DNA of 64,000 nucleotides. Source: Alphaproteobacteria bacterium (lineage in GTDB: Bacteria; Pseudomonadota; Alphaproteobacteria; UBA828). Every line of letters starts with the position of its first letter. Position 1 is the first letter of the stretch. The stretch spans positions 4,064,001 through 4,128,000 of the forward strand of contig OZ243972.1 in NCBI GenBank assembly GCA_965214705.1, written 5' to 3'. Positions 8,739 to 18,773 of the stretch are shown in pieces. A model generated the notes under the pieces. The model had not been told where the DNA came from. It made no database searches and saw only the letters and a list, made by a program, of their open reading frames with translations. A program made the position numbers and the translations under genes.

Positions 8739-11700
8739 CCGCCGACGCCCCGCGCCTGATCGAGGTTGCGTTTCCGCTGGAGCAGGTGTCGCTCGATTCG
8801 GTGCACGAGAAGAACGTGCGGCACGGGCATATCTCGACACTGCACATCTGGCCGGCGCGGCGGCCGCTGGCGGCGTGCCGGGCGGCGCTGATCGCGACGC
8901 TGCTGCCTGACCCCGGCAACGCGGCCGAGCGCAAGGAGATCTACCGCCGGCTCGCGGGCGAGACGGTGGAGACGGTCAAGACCGAGCGGCGCGGCGGGCG
9001 CACGGTCGAGCGGCGCAAGCGCGAGACGAAGGGCGGCATCCTGCATTGGGGGCGCGAGGACGGCGCCGACCTCGACTGGTTCCGGGCGCGCATTCGCGAG
9101 GCGCATGGCGGCCGCGCGCCCAGGGTGCTGGACCCCTTCGCGGGCGGCGGGGCGATCCCACTGGAGGCGATGCGGCTCGGCTGCGAGTCGACCGCCATCG
9201 ACATCAACCCGGTCGCCTGGTTCATCCTCAAGTGCACCCTCGACTACCCGCGCCGGCTCGCCGGCGAGACCCTGCCGCTGCCGGACTTCGCCCGCGCCGA
9301 CCGCGCGTTCATGGAAGCGCTGCTGAAGGCCAGGGGGTTCAAGGGCAAGGCGCTGGCGCGGCGGCTCGCGGCGCTCGGCCTCGACGAGGACGGCGAGGCG
9401 GAACCGGCGCTGATCGACGACGCCCCACGGCACGACGACGCCCTCTTCCAGGCCGATCTCGCCTGGCAGGTGCGCGCCTGGGGCCGGGGCGTGCTGGCCC
9501 GAGTCCGTGCCGGTCTGGCGGAGCGGTATCCGACCTATGCCGAATTCCAGGCGCTTGAGCCGGGCGGCAAACCCTTCGAGGCGCGCTCGCTGGCGCTGCT
9601 GGTGCCGGACGAGGCTGGCGAGACCGACGCCGGGCTGCTGAACGACGGCTTGGACGCGGTATACCTCAAGGACCCGCGCAACCCGCGCTGGGTGGCGAAG
9701 CCGACGGTGGCGTACCTATGGGCGCGCACGGTGCGCTGCAAGGGTTGCCGGGCGACGCTGCCGTTGCTCAAGACCCGCTGGCTCGCTAAGAAGGACACCA
9801 AGCGCGTGCTGCTCACCATGGCGCCGAAGGCGGACGGAAGCGGTGTCGATTTCGGCGTCGAGGCCGGAGTCCCGCAAGCCGGCGGCAACGCGGCGCGGCG
9901 GCGCGAGCACGACAAGCGGCTCGGCGCCGGCACCATGAGCCGCTCGGGCGCGCGCTGCCCCTGCTGCCCGACCATCATGTCCATGGAGGACATCCGCCTC
10001 GAAGGCCGCGCCGGGCGGCTCGGCGCGGCGATGACCGCCGTGGTGGTGGGCGGGCCCAAGGGCAAGGAATACCGCCCGCCGGAAGACGAGGAGTTAAGCG
10101 CCGCCGAGGTCTCGGCGGACGAACTCGACGCGCTCTATGCGGATATTCCCTTTGGCCTGCCGGCGGAGCCGTTGCCGGGCAAGGAAGCCCTCGGCTTTCG
10201 CGTTCCGCTCTACGGCCTGGACCAATGGGCCAAGCTGTTCACGGACCGGCAGCTTGTCGCGCTGGGAACGATCCTGCGGGAGATGCGCCGCTGTTCGGCG
10301 GACATGGGCGACACCCCGGAAGAATGGCGCGAGGCAGTAGCGTCCTACCTCTGCTGCATCCTGAGCAAGCTCGCGGACTACAGCAGTGCGGTCTGCTCTT
10401 GGCACAACAGTGGCGAAAAGCTGCGCAATACCTTCGCCCGTTTCGCCCTGCCGGCGGTTTGGGATTACTGTGAAGTCAATCCGCTGTCCAATACGTCAGG
10501 CGGCTTCTCGGCAATGGCGAATTGGGTAGCTCGCTATCTCGATCATGCGGTTTCTGTTTCGGCTACCGCGCAGGGTGGCGCCCCCATGATCCAAGCCCGG
10601 AGCGCGATTGATTCACGCTTGAACGGCGTAGATTTGATCGTGACCGACCCGCCCTATTACGACGCCATTCCCTATTCCGATCTGATGGACTTCTTCCATG
10701 TCTGGCTGCGGCGGGCGCTGCGCGGCATCGTGCCCGCCTCCGATCCCGCGTTCGCCGAGCCGCTCGGCCCGAAATGGAATACGGTCGACGGCGACGGCGA
10801 GCTGATCGACGAAGCCAGCCGCTTCGGCGGCGACAAGGCGCTCTCGAAACAAACCTATGAGGACGGCATGGCGCGCGCCTTCCAGACCTGCCACGCGGCG
10901 CTGAATCCGAAGGGGCGGCTGGTGGTGGTGTTCGCCAACAAGCAGCCCGAGGCGTGGGAGACCCTGGTCGCGGCGCTGATCCGCGCCGGCTTCGTCGTCG
11001 ACGGCTCCTGGCCGATCCAGACCGAGATGCAGAACCGCCAGCGTTCGCTGGCCTCCGCGGCCCTCGCCTCGTCGGTCTGGCTCGTCTGCCGAAAGCGCCC
11101 GCCGGCGCGGCCCGGCTGGGACGCCGCGGTGCTTGACGAGATGCGCGGCAACATCGCGCGCAGGCTGCGGGACTTCTGGTACGCCGGCATCCGCGGCCCG
11201 GACTTCGTGTGGGCAGCGACGGGGCCGGCGCTCGAAGCCTTCTCCCGGCATCCGGTCGTCAAGAAGGCCGACGAGCCCGGCGCGACGATGACGGTCTCCG
11301 AGTTCTTGCGCGAGGTGCGCCGGATGGTGGTGGATTTCGTCGTGGGCCGCGTGCTGACCGGCGACGACGACGCGGACGCCGCGAGCGGGCTCGACGACGT
11401 GACCACCTACTACCTCCTGCACCGAGGCGATTTCGGCCTGGACGAGGCGCCCGCCGGCGCCTGCATCCTCTATGCGCTTTCGTGCAACCTGTCCGACCGC
11501 GAACTCTCCGACCGCTTCGACATCCTCTCGCGCCCCGGCCGCACGCTCTTCGACGAGTTGGAGGACGACGAGGCGACCGGCGGCGGGGGCGGCAAGGTCA
11601 AGCTGCTGCCCTGGAGCCGGCGCAAGGCCAAGTGGCTCGGCCACGAGGGCCCGGGAGGCCGGTCTGTGCCGCTGATCGACCGCGCGCACCGGCTGATGCA

Positions 11701-11923
11701 CCTCTGGCGCGCCGGCGACGAGGCAAGGGTGAACGGCTACATCGACGACCACGGCCTCGGGCGCCACGCGCTCTTCGCCCGCTTGCTGCAAGCGCTGATC
11801 GAGCTGGCGCCGGCGAGTTCGGAGGAACGCGCGATCCTCGAATCCCTCTCCAACCACATCGCCGCCCGCGCCGGCCTCGCCCCGCCGCGCCAGGCCGCCA
11901 TGCGGCTGGAGACGACGCCGTGA
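8735..11923 (+). CDS. DUF1156-domain adenine-specific DNA methyltransferase with Zn-ribbon
   Basis: HIWPARRPLAACRAA, DPFAGGGAIPLEA (motif I), CKGC/CPCC, TDPPYYD (motif IV); ATGA overlap. Confidence 0.93.
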   Translation: MTADAPRLIEVAFPLEQVSLDSVHEKNVRHGHISTLHIWPARRPLAACRAALIATLLPDPGNAAERKEIYRRLAGETVETVKTERRGGRTVERRKRETKGGILHWGREDGADLDWFRARIREAHGGRAPRVLDPFAGGGAIPLEAMRLGCESTAIDINPVAWFILKCTLDYPRRLAGETLPLPDFARADRAFMEALLKARGFKGKALARRLAALGLDEDGEAEPALIDDAPRHDDALFQADLAWQVRAWGRGVLARVRAGLAERYPTYAEFQALEPGGKPFEARSLALLVPDEAGETDAGLLNDGLDAVYLKDPRNPRWVAKPTVAYLWARTVRCKGCRATLPLLKTRWLAKKDTKRVLLTMAPKADGSGVDFGVEAGVPQAGGNAARRREHDKRLGAGTMSRSGARCPCCPTIMSMEDIRLEGRAGRLGAAMTAVVVGGPKGKEYRPPEDEELSAAEVSADELDALYADIPFGLPAEPLPGKEALGFRVPLYGLDQWAKLFTDRQLVALGTILREMRRCSADMGDTPEEWREAVASYLCCILSKLADYSSAVCSWHNSGEKLRNTFARFALPAVWDYCEVNPLSNTSGGFSAMANWVARYLDHAVSVSATAQGGAPMIQARSAIDSRLNGVDLIVTDPPYYDAIPYSDLMDFFHVWLRRALRGIVPASDPAFAEPLGPKWNTVDGDGELIDEASRFGGDKALSKQTYEDGMARAFQTCHAALNPKGRLVVVFANKQPEAWETLVAALIRAGFVVDGSWPIQTEMQNRQRSLASAALASSVWLVCRKRPPARPGWDAAVLDEMRGNIARRLRDFWYAGIRGPDFVWAATGPALEAFSRHPVVKKADEPGATMTVSEFLREVRRMVVDFVVGRVLTGDDDADAASGLDDVTTYYLLHRGDFGLDEAPAGACILYALSCNLSDRELSDRFDILSRPGRTLFDELEDDEATGGGGGKVKLLPWSRRKAKWLGHEGPGGRSVPLIDRAHRLMHLWRAGDEARVNGYIDDHGLGRHALFARLLQALIELAPASSEERAILESLSNHIAARAGLAPPRQAAMRLETTP

Positions 11924-12074
11924 CCGCGACGCTTCCATCCGGCGCACGCCGCGTCGCGCGGGGCGGACGCAGGGCCCGCGCATGGATCGCGACGACCGCA
12001 CGGCTGCTCAAGGACTTCGCCGCCCTCGCCCTGCGCGCCGAAGCCGCCCCCTGAACCCGCCGAACGAGGCCGAC

Positions 12075-15000
12075 ATGGCGCAGTCTCTTCCCTGGAAACC
12101 CTGGCACGATGTCGTGAGGCTGCGCGACGACGTGCGCACGGGCGAACTATCGCTCGCCGACTTCGCGGCGGACCTCCACGATGTGGCGATGCAGAAGGGC
12201 GCGCGGCCCGTCTACGAGGACCCGGCCCGCTTCTTCGCGCTGACCTATCCCACCTTCCCCTTGCGCGAGCTCGCGCGCGACGTGGCGCTTCGCCTCGCCG
12301 GCAAGAACACCAAGGCGATCCGCCAATTGGAGCTCACCTACGGCGGGGGCAAGACCCATACGCTGGTGACGCTCTACCACCTTGCGCACGAGCCGGAGGC
12401 GCTGCCGGCGCTGCCGGCGGTCGAGCAGTTCCGGTCCCATGTCGGTGCGGCCCTGCCGGCGGCGCGGGTCGCGGCGCTCTGCTTCGACAAGCTCGACGTC
12501 GAGAAGGGCATGGAGGCGCGCGGGCCGGCGGGGGAGTTGCGCTGGCTCAAGCATCCCTGGAGCGTGCTCGCCTTCCAGCTCGCGGGCGAGGAGGGCTTGG
12601 GCGCGCTCCATCCCGACGGCGCGAACGAGGAACGCGAGACGCCGCCCGCCGAGCCGTTGCTCGCCGACCTGCTGGAGCGGCCGCAGGTGCAGAACCTCTC
12701 CACTCTGGTGCTGATCGACGAAGTGCTGATGTACGCCCGCGAGAAGGCGGCGATGGGGGACGGCTGGCGCGCCCGGCTGATCGACTTCTTCCAGTATCTC
12801 TGCCAGGCGGCGGTCAGGGTCGACCGCTGCGCCCTGGTCGCCTCGCTGCTCGCCTCCGATCCCGCCAAGAGCGACGCCCTCGGCAAGGAGTTGACGGCGC
12901 AGATATTCGACATCTTCAACCGGCAGAGGGAGGAAGGCGTCCAGCCTGTGCAAAAGCAGGATGTGGCCGAAGTGCTGCGCCGACGGTTCTTTACGCCCCG
13001 GTCGATCGCCGATCCCGACGCCTTCCGTCCGCACGTCACCGCGGCGGTGGCCAATATCGCCAGGGTCGACGAGACGGTACGCAAGGACAGGGCGAACGCG
13101 GAACAGCGGTTCCTCGACGGTTATCCCTTCCACCCGGAGCTGACCGAGCTCTTCTATACGAAGTGGACGCAGTTGGACGGGTTCCAGCGCACGCGCGGCA
13201 TCTTGAGGACCTTCGCCATCGCGCTACGCGACGCCGAGACGTGGGACACGGCGCCGCTGGTCGGCCCCAACGTGTTCCTGCCCGCGCCCGGCGAAAGCGC
13301 CCTCGCCGAGGCGGCGCGCGAGCTCGCCGGCATCGCCACGCGCGAGGTGACGGAGAGCGCCGGCAACGTCTGGAGCGCCGTGCTCGAAGGGGAGCTCGCC
13401 AAGGCGCGGACAATCCAGGACGAGCAGCCCGCGCTGAAGTTCCGCGAGATGGAGCAGGCTGTGTGCGCAGCGTTCCTGAGTTCGCAGCCGATCGGCCAGA
13501 AGGCGTCCACGCCGGAGTTGGTTGCGCTCGTCGGCGCGACACGTCCCGACAGAATCGAGCTGGAGAAGGGCCTGCGACGCTGGACCGATCTCTCCTGGTT
13601 CCTCGACGAGGCGGAGTTCGCCGGCGCCGGTGCGGCGGACGACGGCGCCGACGCGCTGCCCAAAGCGTGGCGCCTCGGCAACCGGCCCAACCTCAAGCAG
13701 ATGCATCACGACGCCTGCGCCAACCGGGTCACGGCGGAGCTTGTCGAGCAGACGCTCCTCGCCGAGGTTCGGCGGACCAGAAGCCTGACCCAGGGCGCCG
13801 CGGCAGCGGGCGCCCGCGTGCATACGCTGCCTGAGCGGCCGCGCGACATCGAGGACGACGGCGAATTCCATTTCGCCGTTCTGGGGCCGGGAGCCGTTTC
13901 GGACTCCGGCAAGCCGAGCAGGGAAGCGCGGCGCTTCATCGACGAGACCACCGGGCCGGACCGTCCGCGCGTCAGCCGCAATGCCGTCGTGCTGGCAGTC
14001 CCCTCCCGCGACGGGCTGGACGCCGCCCGCGCGTGCATCCGCGAGTATCTGGGTTGGGAGGAAGTGCGCAGCCAGCTCGGGGACCAGACGCAGGACCCCG
14101 TGCGCGAAGGGATGCTGGCGGTGTGGACGGAACAAGCGCGCAAGCGCATCCCCGACGCGATCCGCCAGGCCTGGGCGATCGTCGTCACCGTCAACGAACG
14201 CAACGATATCCAGGCGTTCAAGGCGACCATGGGCGCCGAGCCGTTGTTCGCAACCGTCAAGGCCGATCGGCGCGCACGCATCCAGGAGACCGCGATCAGC
14301 GCCGAGGCGATGCTGCCGGGCGGCCCCTACGAACTCTGGCGCGCGGACGAACCTTCGCGTCGCGTGAAGGACCTGGCGGGCGTGTTTGCGGAGAACCCGA
14401 AGCTGCCCAAGATGCTCCGGCACAAGGAGATCCTCGACACCATCGACCGGGGCGTCCGCGACGGCATCTTCGTCGCCTCGCTCGTCCGGCCCGACAAGTC
14501 CGTCAAGACCTGGTGGCGGACGCCGATTGATGAGGCGGCCCGCGCGGAGTCTGCCCTCGAACTGTTCCTGCCCGACAAGGCGACGCTGTCGGAACTCGAT
14601 CCGAACGCTCTCGCGCCGGGCGTCCTGCCGGAACTCTGGGCCGGCGAGGCGGTAACGGCGGCCGACGTCGCCGCCTATTTCGCAGGCGGGCGGACCGTGA
14701 CCGTGCAGCACGAGGGCTACGCGGAGCCGGTCGCCATCCCGGCCTGCCCGCGCGTGGCGGTCGAAGCGGCCGTCGCCGACGCCGTCCGCCAGGGCGTCCT
14801 CTGGCTGGTGAACGGCCCCGCGAGCTTTCAGGGGGAGTCGGCGCCGCCCGGCGTGCTGACGGACGCCGCGGAACTCCGCGCGCCGATGCAGCCTCTATCG
14901 GTGGATCGGCTGACGCAGGACGCCCTGCCGGAGGCCTGGAAGGACGGACGGGCCAGCGCGCTCGCGCTCTCCGCCGCACTCTCGGTGCAGGCCGGGGCGC

Positions 15001-15398
15001 CGCTCCCGTGGTCGATTCTGCGACGGGCGATCGACGACGCGCTCGGCGCACGCTGGCTTGCGCTGGCGCCGGGCAGCGCACCGTGGCCGTGCGACGCCGC
15101 TGGCGCGGCGGCCGTGATGCTGAAGGAACCGGACGGGGCGAAGGGTTTTGCGGATTCGAAGGACGACTTCGTGCCACCGCCCAAGGGCGCACACACGGGC
15201 TCCGCCGCTCTGGAACCCAACGAGCTGCAGGATCTGGTCGACGCGCTGCCGGACGTCATCACGGCCGCTGCCGGCATACCGTTGCGGTTCAACGTTCACA
15301 TCATGCTGGGAGACGGCGGCGACGTGCCCCCGGACTCGGTGACGGCGGTGAACGAGCTTCTGGAAGGCGTCAGCCCGGACCTGCGCTTGCGGGAATAG
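12075..15398 (+). CDS. DUF499-family AAA+ ATPase
   Basis: PWHDVVRLRDDV, FFALTYPT, YGGGKTH (Walker A), VLIDE (Walker B), YPFHPEL, FQRTRGILR. Confidence 0.92.
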   Translation: MAQSLPWKPWHDVVRLRDDVRTGELSLADFAADLHDVAMQKGARPVYEDPARFFALTYPTFPLRELARDVALRLAGKNTKAIRQLELTYGGGKTHTLVTLYHLAHEPEALPALPAVEQFRSHVGAALPAARVAALCFDKLDVEKGMEARGPAGELRWLKHPWSVLAFQLAGEEGLGALHPDGANEERETPPAEPLLADLLERPQVQNLSTLVLIDEVLMYAREKAAMGDGWRARLIDFFQYLCQAAVRVDRCALVASLLASDPAKSDALGKELTAQIFDIFNRQREEGVQPVQKQDVAEVLRRRFFTPRSIADPDAFRPHVTAAVANIARVDETVRKDRANAEQRFLDGYPFHPELTELFYTKWTQLDGFQRTRGILRTFAIALRDAETWDTAPLVGPNVFLPAPGESALAEAARELAGIATREVTESAGNVWSAVLEGELAKARTIQDEQPALKFREMEQAVCAAFLSSQPIGQKASTPELVALVGATRPDRIELEKGLRRWTDLSWFLDEAEFAGAGAADDGADALPKAWRLGNRPNLKQMHHDACANRVTAELVEQTLLAEVRRTRSLTQGAAAAGARVHTLPERPRDIEDDGEFHFAVLGPGAVSDSGKPSREARRFIDETTGPDRPRVSRNAVVLAVPSRDGLDAARACIREYLGWEEVRSQLGDQTQDPVREGMLAVWTEQARKRIPDAIRQAWAIVVTVNERNDIQAFKATMGAEPLFATVKADRRARIQETAISAEAMLPGGPYELWRADEPSRRVKDLAGVFAENPKLPKMLRHKEILDTIDRGVRDGIFVASLVRPDKSVKTWWRTPIDEAARAESALELFLPDKATLSELDPNALAPGVLPELWAGEAVTAADVAAYFAGGRTVTVQHEGYAEPVAIPACPRVAVEAAVADAVRQGVLWLVNGPASFQGESAPPGVLTDAAELRAPMQPLSVDRLTQDALPEAWKDGRASALALSAALSVQAGAPLPWSILRRAIDDALGARWLALAPGSAPWPCDAAGAAAVMLKEPDGAKGFADSKDDFVPPPKGAHTGSAALEPNELQDLVDALPDVITAAAGIPLRFNVHIMLGDGGDVPPDSVTAVNELLEGVSPDLRLRE

Positions 15399-15472
15399 CG
15401 CCCCGATCGCAACGCGCCCCACCGAGCCCGCACCCGAGACCCACGCCGCCCGTTTCCGGTCGGGCTACATGC

Positions 15473-15572
15473 TCAGTTCCAGGTCTCCTAAACCGCGGGA
15501 CTCCCCGCCGCGCCGAGACCGTTCAGTTCCAGGTCTCCTAAACCGCGGGACTCCCCGCCGCGCCGAGACCGT
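15473..15572. repeat. Perfect 50-bp tandem duplication (2 copies)
   Basis: TCAGTTCCAGGTCTCCTAAACCGCGGGACTCCCCGCCGCGCCGAGACCGT at 15473 and 15523. Confidence 0.95.
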
Positions 15573-15882
15573 TGACTATCGAGATGACGTTCGAGGTGGC
15601 GGCGAGCAGCGACTTGCCCTGGGCAAGAAGCTCTTTGACCATGCCAACATACCGCGGACGATCCTGATTCACCGCGTTGAGAAAGTCGTACCCGTCATTG
15701 GTGATCCGGACGCCAGAGTCGGTCACCCACACGGCCAGTCCGGCATCGGTCAGGAGGTCGATGTTGTGGATCCTTGTCTGCTGAGTCTCCGACATGCCCA
15801 ACGTCCTAGCAACCAGAATCAGCCCACCGGGCCGATTGGCCATCTCCTCCAGCGACTTAATCATCAGTTCAACGTCTCGCAT
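15538..15882 (-). CDS. DUF2513-like winged-helix protein
   Basis: MRDVELMIKSL...HNIDLLTDAGL...RITNDGYDFLNAV; AAGGAG RBS. Confidence 0.6.
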   Translation of the reverse strand: MRDVELMIKSLEEMANRPGGLILVARTLGMSETQQTRIHNIDLLTDAGLAVWVTDSGVRITNDGYDFLNAVNQDRPRYVGMVKELLAQGKSLLAATSNVISIVNGLGAAGSPAV

Positions 15883-16332
15883 CCCGTACTCCTTCTCGTG
15901 GTGCCCTGCCCATGTAGGAGCGTTGGAGCGGAGGTCAAGCGCCCAAATGGAAGAAACGGCAACCACTCCGGAGAATCCCCGAGTGAACGCGAAAATCGTC
16001 GACCGAATCAAGGAAGCCGGAGATGGTTAAGGGTTGGGCAGGCTCTCTCTCGAGAGCCTGCCCAACCCTTTTGAACGGAGGCGCGGGCCACGAGAGGCGA
16101 AGTTGAGCTATGTGGAAAGTGCGCTGATGTCAGCGTCAGGCGGCATCCACCGGCAGCAGAGTTGCGCATGAGATCGACGCTCGCGCCGGCCTTTCGGCAG
16201 GCATGCGGGCGCACGCTGCGAGGACTGAGCGGGGTGTGAGCCGAGGGCTGTCAGCCCGGCCCAAGCGGAGACAGGTTCGGTCGTGCGTCGGCGCTTTGGC
16301 GCCGTTGCGCGGGGCCGAAGCGAGCGGGCGTC

Positions 16333-17574
16333 TCACGGTTTCCCCCTGTGGGTCGGCGGCACGGCCGGCGGACCGCGCGTCGAGCGGGGCTGATGGCGGC
16401 GGCGGATTTCGCGGACGAGGCGCATGACGCCGCCGCAGTGGGGGCAGGCCACGGGCGCGGTGTCGATCACGGTCTCTTCGTCGGGCTCGGCCCGAGCGCC
16501 GCCCACGCTTTCCTCGGGGACGGCGCAGCCGAGGGCGCCGAGAGTCTGGCGTGCTCTCTCCAGCGTGCTGGCGCGACAGCCGTTGGCGAGAATGCCGAAG
16601 TAGCGAATGCGGTGCATGCCGTCCGGCAGGACGTGCCTCAGGAAGCGGCGGATGAACTCGTCTGCGCTCACGGTGGCGATGCCGTAGCGCGGCTTTCTCT
16701 GCCCCGGCGCCTTCGGCTTTCGGTGGCGGAAGGAGACCGTCTCGCCGTCGAAGGAGACGATGCGGCTGTCGGAGATGGCGATTCTGTGCGTGTAGTGCGA
16801 CAGGTACCGGAAGACCTGCTCAGGCCCGCGGAAGGGCCGCTTGGCGTAGACCACCCAGTCCCTGGCCCGGGCGGCGGCAAGCGTGGCGTGGAACTCGCCG
16901 GGATTGGCGAGGTGGGCGAGGGTGCCGTGGAACTCCAGGTCCCCCCGGCCGTGGGCGCGGGCGAGCTCCTCGAGGAAGAGGCGGCGGAACAGGCTGCCGA
17001 GGACCTTGACGGGGGCGAGGAAGGTGGTGCTCCCCGTCTTCCACTCGCCGCTGTCTACGTCGAAGCCCGCGTTGGGCACGACCACGTGCAGGTGCGGGTG
17101 GAAGCGGAGCTTCTGATCCCAGGTATGGAGGACCGCGGTGCCGCCGATGCGCATGCCACCGTGGTGGGGATCGGCGGCGATGGTGCGCAGGGTCTCGGCG
17201 ACGGCCCGGAAGAGGATGTCGAACACCACCCTTCGGTTGCAGAAGGCAATGGCGGCGACCTCCTTGGGCAGGGTGAAGACCACATGGAAGTAGGGCACCG
17301 GCAGGATGTCCCCGGCGCGGGCCTCGCTCCAGAGGTTGGCGGCGAGACCCTGGCAGGTCGGGCAGTGGCGGTTGCGGCAGGAGTTGAAAAGCGGATGCTC
17401 GCGCCCGCAGCCCTCGCAGGCGTACATGTGGCCGCCGAGCACGGCGGTGCGGCACGCCTCGATGGCGCCCATGACCTTGAGCCGGGCGGCGTCGATGCGC
17501 CCTTTGTGGCGCTCACGGAAAGCGGCGCCGGCGCGGCGGAGGATCTCCGCCACGCCCGCGCGTTCGGCCTCCAC
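16333..17574 (-). CDS. IS91-family rolling-circle transposase
   Basis: CRT...CEGC...SCRNRHCPTC Zn domain, HVVFTLP, HTW...HPHLH (HUH), YLSHY, RIRYFG. Confidence 0.93.
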   Translation of the reverse strand: MEAERAGVAEILRRAGAAFRERHKGRIDAARLKVMGAIEACRTAVLGGHMYACEGCGREHPLFNSCRNRHCPTCQGLAANLWSEARAGDILPVPYFHVVFTLPKEVAAIAFCNRRVVFDILFRAVAETLRTIAADPHHGGMRIGGTAVLHTWDQKLRFHPHLHVVVPNAGFDVDSGEWKTGSTTFLAPVKVLGSLFRRLFLEELARAHGRGDLEFHGTLAHLANPGEFHATLAAARARDWVVYAKRPFRGPEQVFRYLSHYTHRIAISDSRIVSFDGETVSFRHRKPKAPGQRKPRYGIATVSADEFIRRFLRHVLPDGMHRIRYFGILANGCRASTLERARQTLGALGCAVPEESVGGARAEPDEETVIDTAPVACPHCGGVMRLVREIRRRHQPRSTRGPPAVPPTHRGKP

Positions 17575-17580
17575 GCGCCG

Positions 17581-18459
17581 TCAGTTGCGCAACGCTGCGA
17601 AGCCTGAGATCGGGTGGTCGAGGCCCTCGAACATCTTGCCGGTGACGCGGGCGTAGTGACGGGTCGTGTTCGCGCTTCGATGGCCGAGCATGTCCCGGAT
17701 CACCTCGATATCGCCGCCGCGCTCGAGGAGATGGGTCGCCGCCGAATGGCGCAGGCAATGGAAGGTGTAGCTGCGGTCGAGCTCGGCAATGTCGCGCGCC
17801 CTCCTGAAGGCGGCCTGCAAGGTCTCCGTTGCGATGGGCCTGTCGAGCGAGACGCCGTAGAAGAGCCAGCTCGTCGGACGCGGCCAGATGTTCCTGTAGT
17901 AGGCGCGCAAGTAGTGGATGACGCTGTCCGGCAACGGTGCCATTCTCTCGGTGCCGCCTTTGCCGGAGGGGATGTGCAGCAGCTTCTTCTCCGACAGGAT
18001 GTCGCCGACCTTGATGGCCAAGGTCTCGGAGATGCGGAGCCCGCCGCCATAGCCGGTGACAATGGCAGCACGGTGGCGGAGGTCGGGCGTCGCAAGGATG
18101 AGGTGCTCGACCTCCTGCTCCGACATGTAGCGCGGCAGCTTGCCGGGCTTCTTGCGGGAGCGCAGGCCGGCGACGTGGTCAGGCCAGCCGAGTGTGTCGA
18201 TGTAGAGGAAGTTCAGCGCGGCGAAGGAGACGTTGGTCGTGCCCGGACTGAGCCCCTTGTCGATCCGCCCCAGGTACCACTGGCGCACCTGCTCGGCGTC
18301 GAGCTCGTCCGGCGAGGCGTCGTAGTACCTGGCCAGGTTCTTGATCTCGCAGATGTAGGCCTTGGACGTGCTCGCGGCCAGATTGGCGATGCGGAGCTGC
18401 TCCTCCATGCGCTGGCGAAGAGGGGTGACGGTGTTCGTGTCGCACGCGGTCCCGGTCAT
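17581..18459 (-). CDS. Tyrosine recombinase of IS91-like element 1
   Basis: TPLRQRM, GLRISE, GKGG, HCLRHS, LGH, TTRHY. Confidence 0.92.
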   Translation of the reverse strand: MTGTACDTNTVTPLRQRMEEQLRIANLAASTSKAYICEIKNLARYYDASPDELDAEQVRQWYLGRIDKGLSPGTTNVSFAALNFLYIDTLGWPDHVAGLRSRKKPGKLPRYMSEQEVEHLILATPDLRHRAAIVTGYGGGLRISETLAIKVGDILSEKKLLHIPSGKGGTERMAPLPDSVIHYLRAYYRNIWPRPTSWLFYGVSLDRPIATETLQAAFRRARDIAELDRSYTFHCLRHSAATHLLERGGDIEVIRDMLGHRSANTTRHYARVTGKMFEGLDHPISGFAALRN

Positions 18460-18773
18460 TATCGATCTCCCTGGATCGCGACGGCGCGCCGCCGGACCGA
18501 TCCGGCGACGGTCCGTCGCAGGGGTCGATGCTAACCACTGGTGATCGGGAGGCTGCTGGGGATCCGCCACCCGACGGGCGGAGCGCCACTGACGCAACCG
18601 GGAAGCGAACGCACAGGGCAAACGGCACCCGCGACGCCTCGGAAATGAATGAACTCTACGCCGCTAACTCCGCGTAGCGGCTTCGTTCAAGAAATCTTCG
18701 GCTTCCTATACTCAACGGCCCCCGGTTGGATGCTCGCGCTCGGGATCACGCTCGGCGTGATCCTCACGTAGCA

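Larger units (their letters stand above)
16031..18690 (-). mobile_element. IS91-like element 1 (tyrosine recombinase + HUH transposase)
   Basis: Gene pair. Left end: hairpin 16029-16070, TTGAACGGAGG and GCTATGTGGAAAGT. Right end: GCGGCTTCGTTCAA. The flanks rejoin into one stem-loop. Confidence 0.78.

Noticed and set aside
11920-12054. 44-codon ORF between methylase and DUF499 as a DUF3780 subunit
   Set aside because: Too short and no recognisable motif; may be a remnant.
1872-14711. Long minus-strand ORFs over the defence operon (e.g. 1872-3536, 3600-5207, 10613-12001, 13224-14711)
   Set aside because: High-GC antisense shadows of well-supported + strand genes.
15473-15572. Possible CRISPR array
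   Set aside because: Two adjacent 50-bp copies with no spacer, and no cas genes in the window.
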